From an uncultured Candidatus Saccharibacteria bacterium (GTDB lineage: Bacteria; Patescibacteriota; Minisyncoccia; Phycocordibacterales; VMEP01): a stretch of DNA of 64,000 bases. Position numbers and translations under genes: made by a program. The notes beneath the pieces are model-generated. The model saw nothing but the letters and a program-made list of their open reading frames with translations. It searched no databases and was not told where the DNA came from. Numbering within the stretch: the first letter of the stretch is position 1; the number at the start of each line of letters is the position of its first letter. The DNA is taken from contig CAZOFV010000004.1 of NCBI GenBank assembly GCA_964579635.1, positions 817 through 64,816 of the forward strand, given 5' to 3'. Positions 56,821 through 64,000 of the stretch are shown here, piece after piece.

Positions 56821-58002
56821 TTAAGAACTAGAGACTTCTTTGTCTATTTCCAACAACCGATCATACTTTACATGCCTAACAACTTGCGTTGGAACACCGA
56901 GTTTTAAACCAAAGGCTCCAACAGCATAAGCAAAATCAGCAATAAAAGTATCTTCTGTTTCTCCGCTTCTGTGCGATGCAATAACTTTCCAACCAAAATT
57001 ATTTGCTGTCCGCACCGCTTCCATCGCATCCGAAACACTCCCAATTTGATTTGGTTTTATTATAACCCCATTAATACTTTTGGTTCTTTCTGCGGTGCGC
57101 ATCAACTCTGAATTGGTTACTGTAAGGTCATCACCAGCAACTATTAAATTATCTCCGTGCAACGCCTTCATTTTTGCAAAAGACTGAAAATCATTTTCCT
57201 CGTAAGGATCTTCTATGTATATAAGGTTGTATTCTTTTATTGCTGTCTCAAAAAGAATATCTCTTTCTTCATTGGTAAGTTTTGCATTAGCACCAGCAAC
57301 ATCTGTTCCCATAGAAACGAACCCATCTTCAATAAGTTCTCCGGCCGCTTGTTTAATTAAACGAAATGGCTCAAGGTTATCACTAATCTCCGGAGCAAAC
57401 CCTCCTTCATCCCCCAATGGCAGTGCGTCGCCATATTGATCATTAAACATTTTTTTTAAATTACTCCAGAGGGATGCTTGAATCTCTGTCATTTCTGCAA
57501 AATTAGCACCATCAATAATCGCTAAATACTCCTGAAAGGCAAGTTTATTTTTTGCGTGCTCACCACCGTTAATCAAATTAACAAAAAGACGTGGTCGTTT
57601 TGTGTCTAATATTGATACTCCGGCCATCTCACGAAGATGCGCCCAAAGGGGTATTCCACGAGCATTTGCAGCAGCACGTGCAACGGCAATAGAAACCGCA
57701 AGAATAGTATTTGCCCCAAGACGACTTTTGTTTGCCGTACCATCAAGGATTTTCAACCTTCCATCGATATCTTTTTGCATAACACTTAAAGAGTTTTTAA
57801 GTGCTGGTAAAATAAAATCTTTAATGTTAAGAATAGCCTGTTCTGGAGAAACACAAACAGCCTCACCGGCACCACGGCTTTTCCCTTGTGGAACAGACGC
57901 CGAGGCGATAGATCCATCAGAAAGACGAACTATCGCTTCTACTGTTTTTTCTCCCCTAGAATCGAGGATTACACGAGCCGTAATATCATCTATCTCGTAC
58001 AT
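56821..58002 (-). CDS. eno: enolase (short form)
   Basis: SHRSGETED motif, metal-binding Asp/Glu residues, IKPNQIGS. Confidence 0.95.
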   Translation of the reverse strand: MYEIDDITARVILDSRGEKTVEAIVRLSDGSIASASVPQGKSRGAGEAVCVSPEQAILNIKDFILPALKNSLSVMQKDIDGRLKILDGTANKSRLGANTILAVSIAVARAAANARGIPLWAHLREMAGVSILDTKRPRLFVNLINGGEHAKNKLAFQEYLAIIDGANFAEMTEIQASLWSNLKKMFNDQYGDALPLGDEGGFAPEISDNLEPFRLIKQAAGELIEDGFVSMGTDVAGANAKLTNEERDILFETAIKEYNLIYIEDPYEENDFQSFAKMKALHGDNLIVAGDDLTVTNSELMRTAERTKSINGVIIKPNQIGSVSDAMEAVRTANNFGWKVIASHRSGETEDTFIADFAYAVGAFGLKLGVPTQVVRHVKYDRLLEIDKEVSSS

Positions 58003-58005
58003 ATT

Positions 58006-59025
58006 TTATTTAACCAAATTTACAGGAGTACCAGCTAAATAATTTTTAATGTTATCAACCGTTGTATCAAGAATACGACGAAGCGCTTCTCCTGTGTTAA
58101 AAGCGTTGTGTGGCGTCATAACAACATTTGGCAAATCAATAAGCACGTGATTTGCAATAATTGTTTTTAAATCATGACCCTCGCCACTTCCCTTTTTCAA
58201 AAACTCCATCTCGTCTTTTATTACCGCCTCCTCTTCAAGAACATCAAGTCCGGCTCCCGCAATCTTTCCGTCTTTAAGCGCACTTACTAAGGCCTGGGTA
58301 TCAATAATTGGCCCGCGACTAGTGTTAACAAGAATTGCTGTTTTCTTCATCAACGAAAATTTCTCTTCATTAAAAAGATGGTGTGTCGTCTTAAGATAAG
58401 GAACGTGAATTGTTACCACATCGCTTTCTTTAAGCAACTCATCGAAATCTTTGTATTCAAAACCAAGTTCTTTCGCTAAATTTTCGTTTGGATATGGGTC
58501 ATAGGCAACAACCTTCATACCAAAACCTTTAGCAATTTTTATAGAAAATTGCCCAATATGTCCTGCTCCAACAACTCCAATTGTCTTTCCCATCAAATCA
58601 AAACCTTGTAACCCATCAAAACTAAAACTTCCTTTTTCTTTAATTCTGTCGTATCCTTCAAAAATTTTTCGAGAAAGTGACAAAATTAAAGCGAAAGCAA
58701 ATTCAGCAACAGTATTTTCTCCGTAGGACGGTACAGAAGAAACAACAATTCCTCTTTCTTTACATGTAGCTAAATCAACGTGGTCATATCCAGTAGAACG
58801 GGTCGCAACAAATTTTAATTTAGGAAATTTCGATAAAACCTCGTTGTCGACAGTAGAATCAACAAACACTGAAACAATGTCAGCACTGGTGTCTGCTGGA
58901 ACATGGCTCTTATCTAGAATTTCTTCAGAAAACAAAATCTCCGCATCTCCCGCAACTTGAGCTACTTTTTCTTGTAGATATTCTCTTTCCCACTGCTTAA
59001 CTCCGTAAAATGAAATTTTTGTCAT
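58006..59025 (-). CDS. D-isomer-specific 2-hydroxyacid dehydrogenase (D-lactate / glycerate dehydrogenase-like)
   Basis: NAD-binding GVVGAGHIGQ and catalytic RG…E…H arrangement; 339 aa. Confidence 0.85.
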   Translation of the reverse strand: MTKISFYGVKQWEREYLQEKVAQVAGDAEILFSEEILDKSHVPADTSADIVSVFVDSTVDNEVLSKFPKLKFVATRSTGYDHVDLATCKERGIVVSSVPSYGENTVAEFAFALILSLSRKIFEGYDRIKEKGSFSFDGLQGFDLMGKTIGVVGAGHIGQFSIKIAKGFGMKVVAYDPYPNENLAKELGFEYKDFDELLKESDVVTIHVPYLKTTHHLFNEEKFSLMKKTAILVNTSRGPIIDTQALVSALKDGKIAGAGLDVLEEEAVIKDEMEFLKKGSGEGHDLKTIIANHVLIDLPNVVMTPHNAFNTGEALRRILDTTVDNIKNYLAGTPVNLVK

Positions 59026-59042
59026 GTGTGTATTTTACTACA

Positions 59043-61478
59043 TTAATTAATTTGAAGCGCCTTCTCTTTCTCCGCAACGACACCTCTTGTTTTTATGATT
59101 GTATCTGGGTTAAGTGACATACTTTCAATCCCCGCTTCAACTAAAAAGGCTGCAAAATCTGGGTAATCTGATGGCGCTTGCCCACAAATACCAACGTATT
59201 TACCTCGCGCACGACATTTCTTTATCGCCTCACTAATCATCTTCTTTACCGCTTCGTTATTTTCATTTGCGACATGACTAACAATTCCCGAATCTCTATC
59301 CAAACCAAGCGTTAATTGAGCAAGGTCGTTGGAGCCAATAGACATACCGTCAAAGATATCCAAAAATTCATCAGCCAACATAACGTTAGATGGAATCTCA
59401 CACATCACATAAACAGATACACCCTTTTTACCATCTTTTACCATAGAATTTGCAACAAGTCCGGCCTCAGCCATAATTTGAAGAGTTTGTTTTCCTTCCT
59501 CAACAGTACGACAAAATGGAACCATTGGAGTAACGTTATCAAGACCCATTTCTTCGCGAACCTTTCTGATTGCTAAACATTCAAGCTTAAAAGCTTCTTT
59601 AAACTTAAGGTCGTAATAACGAGATGCTCCACGCCAACCTATCATTGGGTTTTCTTCTGCCGGCTCATAAGCATCTCCACCCAAAAGAGTTCTGTATTCA
59701 TTCGTTTTAAAATCAGAAAAACGAACAATTGTTTCTCTTGGATAAAAAGCTGCCGCTATTTTACCGATTCCATAAGCAAGGCGGTCAACATAAAACTGAG
59801 TCTTGTCGGTATAACCAATAGTTTTCGCGTCAATTTTTTTACGAAGTGCCGGCGACAATTTTTTATAATTAAGTAAAGCAAGTGGATGAATACCGATTTC
59901 TGAAGCAATTATAAATTCCTCACGAGCAAGACCAACTCCATCCGCTGGTAAAAATGATTTTTCAAAAGCTGTGTCTGGGGTTGCAATATTAAGTGCAATT
60001 TTTGTTTTCGTTTTAGGAATTGTCTTTAAGTCATGTGTGACTATATCAAACTTAAGGTCACCAGCCATAACAACACCATCTGAGCCGGTTGTATCAACGG
60101 TCACCATCATTCCAGTTTTTATTTTTCGAGTTGCGTCTCCTGAACCAACAACCGCCGGAATCCCAAGTTCGCGAGCAACAATCGCAGCGTGTGATGTTCT
60201 TCCACCTTTATCGGTAATAATAGCCGAAGCAATTTTCATAATTGGCTCCCAGTCTGGATCGGTCATGTCAGTAACCAAAACTTCACCATGTTTAAATTCA
60301 CCAATTTTTTTGGCATCCATAATAATACGGGCCTTACCGACAGCAATAGAACTACCGACCGACACGCCAGCTGTTAAAACTTTTCCTTCTTCTTTACGAA
60401 CATATTCTTTAACTTTAGAAAAATCTCTTAAAGCCTGCACTGTCTCTGGTCTTGCTTGAACAATAAAAAGTTCGCCAGTATTGCCGTCTTTAGCCCACTC
60501 CATATCCATTGGTGTCCACTTTCCACCTTTATCTGAATAATGTTTCTCAATGATCATTCCCCAACGAGCAAGCTTTAAAATTTCCTCATCAGAAAGACAA
60601 AATTTACTTCGTTCAGCCGGTGTTGTTTTAATAATTTTTACAGGTCGAATTCCTTTTGCACCTGCAACATAAATCATTTTATCAGCCTTCTCTCCGAGCG
60701 TTTTTGAAATAATAGCTTTTGGCGCCGTCTCTATTGTATTTTTAAAAACAAAAAATTCATCTGGTGTCACTTGCCCTTGAACAACCATTTCTCCAAGACC
60801 GTAAGATCCATTTATCACAACTGTATCCCTAAAACCGGATTCCGTATCCACTGTAAACATCACACCAGACACACCCTTATCAGAACGAATCATTCTTTGA
60901 ACCCCAACAGAGAGCGCAATTGTGAAATGGTCAAAGCCTTTATCAACGCGATATGAAATAGCACGATTAGTGAAGAGTGAAGCGAATGCCGCCTTTGTAG
61001 CTTGCGTCACATCTTTTGCTCCACGAATTCCTAAGTATGTTTCGTGCTCGCCCGCAAATGACGCTCCCGGCAAATCTTCAGCCGTAGCAGAAGAACGCAC
61101 AGCAACATCAATATTCTTGCCATATCTCTTCTCCATCATTTCGTAACAAAGTGCAATTTGTCTATCTAGCTCAACTGGCACTTTTGTTGCAATAATACTT
61201 TCGCGAACCAACTTGCCGCGCTTTGATAAATCTTTCAAATTTTTTGTATCCAACCCCTTAAGCGCAGTTTTTACAAATTGCTCCATTCCCGTCTCTTGCA
61301 TAAAATAACGGTATCCATCAGCTGTAATAATAAAACCAGATGGCACCGCAACACCTTTCTCACCCAAGTTTTTTATCATTTCGCCAAGCGAAGCATTCTT
61401 TCCTCCAACAGTTGCAACATCTTCAATGCCGACATCTTCCATCCAGACAACGTATTTATTTTCATTCATCTCACTCAT
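59043..61478 (-). CDS. ppsA: phosphoenolpyruvate synthase (pyruvate, water dikinase)
   Basis: ATP-grasp N-domain, phosphohistidine domain GGRTSHAAIVARELGIP and a PEP-utilising C-terminal TIM barrel; 811 aa. Confidence 0.9.
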   Translation of the reverse strand: MSEMNENKYVVWMEDVGIEDVATVGGKNASLGEMIKNLGEKGVAVPSGFIITADGYRYFMQETGMEQFVKTALKGLDTKNLKDLSKRGKLVRESIIATKVPVELDRQIALCYEMMEKRYGKNIDVAVRSSATAEDLPGASFAGEHETYLGIRGAKDVTQATKAAFASLFTNRAISYRVDKGFDHFTIALSVGVQRMIRSDKGVSGVMFTVDTESGFRDTVVINGSYGLGEMVVQGQVTPDEFFVFKNTIETAPKAIISKTLGEKADKMIYVAGAKGIRPVKIIKTTPAERSKFCLSDEEILKLARWGMIIEKHYSDKGGKWTPMDMEWAKDGNTGELFIVQARPETVQALRDFSKVKEYVRKEEGKVLTAGVSVGSSIAVGKARIIMDAKKIGEFKHGEVLVTDMTDPDWEPIMKIASAIITDKGGRTSHAAIVARELGIPAVVGSGDATRKIKTGMMVTVDTTGSDGVVMAGDLKFDIVTHDLKTIPKTKTKIALNIATPDTAFEKSFLPADGVGLAREEFIIASEIGIHPLALLNYKKLSPALRKKIDAKTIGYTDKTQFYVDRLAYGIGKIAAAFYPRETIVRFSDFKTNEYRTLLGGDAYEPAEENPMIGWRGASRYYDLKFKEAFKLECLAIRKVREEMGLDNVTPMVPFCRTVEEGKQTLQIMAEAGLVANSMVKDGKKGVSVYVMCEIPSNVMLADEFLDIFDGMSIGSNDLAQLTLGLDRDSGIVSHVANENNEAVKKMISEAIKKCRARGKYVGICGQAPSDYPDFAAFLVEAGIESMSLNPDTIIKTRGVVAEKEKALQIN

Positions 61479-61490
61479 ATATTTATCTCA

Positions 61491-62807
61491 TTAAAATTTT
61501 ATTCCTATAATCAAATCTGAAACGTTTGAACCAGTATACCCCGACTTCAGTAAACCACCTGTTTTCTTAAAAAAAGAAGTGCTGTCATTCTTATCTAAAA
61601 ATTCCTCTGGTTTTAACGACAACCTCTCGGCTTCTTTCTTTAAAACATTATCGGCAATCGCCCCCATATACTCACCATTATCGCGTCCATCGGACGCAAA
61701 AGACAGTACGACTTCACCAAATCTAATGTCGGGAAGCACGCTTAAGACAAGTTCCTGATTTCTACCGCCGGAACCAAGCCCGTGCACCTTAACGGTCGTT
61801 TCCCCGCCATAAAGGAATACAGATCGTTTATGCGCACCTCTGACAGTTTCCAATATTTTAGGACCAACCTCTCTCGCTTCCCCTGTCAATTTATCATCTA
61901 TAATCCTAGCCTCAAACAAAAGCTCGTTGGCTCTTTTTTCCATAGCTTTTAATGCGACATCATTTGAAACAACTATTGTATTATAAACATTCTCAAAGTA
62001 TTTAGCCTCCTTTGGTGTTTCAAGTAAAATTTCTCCTATTTCATCTGGCATTGTCATTTTGTAACGATTAAAAATCTCTATCGCATCCCCCACTGTGGTC
62101 TCATCTCTAATAGTAGGACCTGAAGAAATAAATCCGGGGTTATTTCCAGGCACATCAGAAAAAATAAGAGAAACAACACGAGCTGGATATGCGTGTTTTG
62201 CCAAAAAACCACCACGAACGCCAGAGATGTGCTTTCTTATTGTATTAATTTCCTGAATCGTTGCACCAACACTAAAAAGTTCTTCAACAATTAATTTCTC
62301 ATCAATACAAGTACGATTATTATGAGGAAGACAAAGCAAGGTCGAACCACCACCAGAAATAGCCATAATCACAAAATCATCTTCTGAAAGGTCTTTAAGT
62401 AGATGAACAATTTCTTTTGAAACGGCAACATTTCCATCTGATGGAAAAGGATGAGTGCCAATAAAACTTCGAATATACTTTAATACATTAACTTCTGGAA
62501 GGTTCACATCAAAGACAATTCCGCCGGTCAGTTTATCTCCCAATATCTCCTCAACTGCGACAGCTGCGTCATAAGCACATTTACCAATCCCGATAAAGAA
62601 AATTCTTTTACCAGCATCAAGAGATCTTGCCACTAAACCATTACCAAAAATTATTTGTTTTTCGTTTGCGGTAATAAAATTTTGTACCGCCCTCTTTGTA
62701 TCAATAGCAAAAAGGCCAGCCTCAGCGATTTCCAAGGCAACCTTTCGCGAATCATTTATCGCAAGTTCTTTAAAATTTTTAATTTTACCAACCTCAACCT
62801 TCTGCAT
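61491..62807 (-). CDS. glycerate 2-kinase (MOFRL family)
   Basis: 438 aa with a DUF4147-like N-domain and a MOFRL C-domain (…GGGETTVKVHG…GGRNQE…). Confidence 0.75.
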   Translation of the reverse strand: MQKVEVGKIKNFKELAINDSRKVALEIAEAGLFAIDTKRAVQNFITANEKQIIFGNGLVARSLDAGKRIFFIGIGKCAYDAAVAVEEILGDKLTGGIVFDVNLPEVNVLKYIRSFIGTHPFPSDGNVAVSKEIVHLLKDLSEDDFVIMAISGGGSTLLCLPHNNRTCIDEKLIVEELFSVGATIQEINTIRKHISGVRGGFLAKHAYPARVVSLIFSDVPGNNPGFISSGPTIRDETTVGDAIEIFNRYKMTMPDEIGEILLETPKEAKYFENVYNTIVVSNDVALKAMEKRANELLFEARIIDDKLTGEAREVGPKILETVRGAHKRSVFLYGGETTVKVHGLGSGGRNQELVLSVLPDIRFGEVVLSFASDGRDNGEYMGAIADNVLKKEAERLSLKPEEFLDKNDSTSFFKKTGGLLKSGYTGSNVSDLIIGIKF

Positions 62808-62852
62808 TCAGCAAATTGTAACATATTTGCAATAATCAGTAGAAAATTTTTG

Positions 62853-63776
62853 TTACAAATCAATGTTTCTTAACACCTCAACTTTGCCAACAATAAGAGA
62901 ATCCGCCTCTTCTATTTCTCCATAGAAACGAATCCTATCTCCAACCTCAAAACGTGATAATTTTGCGTTATTTTTAAGACTATTTAAAACAACTGTTTTT
63001 TCGTTTAATTTAACTAAATAATCAACCCCGCCTACTGTTGCTGTAAAATTTAAAGGAAGTGTTGTTCCAGAAATTTCTTTAATGGTCCCCTGAAAATTTC
63101 TTGGTTTAAAAGTATTCATATCAACATAAACGACAATGTTTTTAGCAATCATCTGATTTGTTGCATGATTTAACACACCATCAACCTTTGTCACCTTGTC
63201 GCCATTGCGCAATGATGAAATATTAATTATTCGACTTCCTTTTTTTATTTGAGTTGTCGTTCCATTATTTACTGAAATGGTAATCGGCCCTTTAGATTTC
63301 GTGGTAAGAGTGAACGTATCAGAGTCTAAACGAATATTGCTTACTGTTCCCGAAAATTCATTATTCTCTGTTTGATTTGAAATATTACGCACAGTCCTTG
63401 GAATAATTGTCATTGTCTGAGAAGCGGATTCAAGTTCGCCCTCAATCACCAAGATATCTCCCTCCTTAACTTCTTTTACAGAAATAGGTTCACCGAATTT
63501 ATTTGCAAACTTAGTTTTACTATTTGTTTTTACCGTAAGCCTAATAAAACTTTCACCCCAAATTAGACGCGTAAAATAGGTGACGCCTGCAACCTGTGTC
63601 ACCTTAACCCCGCCGATAATAGCGCGACCTTCACGATCAACGTATATCTGCGAATAGGTATCATTAACAAGACTCTCAACTGTAGGGATAGTTGCCGCGT
63701 TAGCGTTCAAACCAAAAGTTCCAATAATAAATGCAGAGAACACAAAAATAGATATCATTAAAGCGTTATTTTTCAT
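62853..63776 (-). CDS. hypothetical secreted beta-rich repeat protein (DUF5666-like)
   Basis: Signal peptide plus internally repeated EGDILVIEGELESA… / VGDRIRFYGEIEEA… units. Confidence 0.45.
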   Translation of the reverse strand: MKNNALMISIFVFSAFIIGTFGLNANAATIPTVESLVNDTYSQIYVDREGRAIIGGVKVTQVAGVTYFTRLIWGESFIRLTVKTNSKTKFANKFGEPISVKEVKEGDILVIEGELESASQTMTIIPRTVRNISNQTENNEFSGTVSNIRLDSDTFTLTTKSKGPITISVNNGTTTQIKKGSRIINISSLRNGDKVTKVDGVLNHATNQMIAKNIVVYVDMNTFKPRNFQGTIKEISGTTLPLNFTATVGGVDYLVKLNEKTVVLNSLKNNAKLSRFEVGDRIRFYGEIEEADSLIVGKVEVLRNIDL

Positions 63777-64000
63777 TCTAAAGATTCTACCGCCATAAAA
63801 CTGAAAAGCAAACTACTACTTAAAATTTATTAAAAAACTATACATACCCATAGAACACAAACCTTGCATAGTGCCTTGCGCTTTATCAGCTGAAATTTCT
63901 ATTTCCTCAACCCCCGTTGGACTTAAAAACTTCTTATATGAAATTTCTGGGATAACCAAACTAGCTGAACAATCAAAAGTATTGGTTGTCTCCATTTTAA

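Noticed and set aside
1-64000. CRISPR arrays, rRNA genes, transposase/IS elements
   Set aside because: No regularly spaced direct repeats, no rRNA-like conserved stretches and no transposase- or integrase-like ORFs were seen anywhere in the window.

Overview
This is a low-GC (about 33-36% by eye), gene-dense bacterial segment with nearly every gene on the minus strand. Several features point to a small-genome Candidate Phyla Radiation (Patescibacteria)-type organism: compact ribosomal proteins, an AlaRS lacking its C-terminal domain, a UvrC lacking its HhH2 domain, an archaeal-type AspRS/AsnRS-family enzyme, a type IV pilin, and giant secreted surface proteins. This placement is inference from gene content only.

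Recognisable housekeeping content:
- aminoacyl-tRNA synthetases (aspS-like, trpS, alaS, leuS)
- the dnaJ/dnaK/grpE chaperone block
- a ribosomal-protein/rpoA block (rpsI, rplM, rplQ, rpoA, rpsD, rpsK, rpsM, rpmJ, infA)
- mnmA, tgt, ychF, ddl and two mltG paralogs
- the repair genes uvrC-like, uvrA and uvrB
- a lower-glycolysis/fermentation cluster (eno, a D-2-hydroxyacid dehydrogenase, ppsA, glycerate kinase)
- tRNA-Ala(UGC) and tRNA-Pro(CGG).

The most unusual items:
1. A locus of two paralogous giant secreted proteins (760 and 1122 aa) with a small membrane protein between them. They share an uncharacterised Cys-containing C-terminal module and PKD-like repeats. One carries a polyglycine-rich N-terminal domain.
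2. A complete Nudix hydrolase domain, with a perfect Nudix box, inserted into leucyl-tRNA synthetase.
3. Several compositionally atypical (GC-elevated), terminator-capped orphan genes in intergenic sites. One sits between uvrA and uvrB.
4. A GC-rich, hairpin-dense non-coding element near 40.9-41.1 kb.
5. Duplicated and inverted tRNA-Ala 3' fragments next to tRNA-Ala, suggestive of an integration scar.
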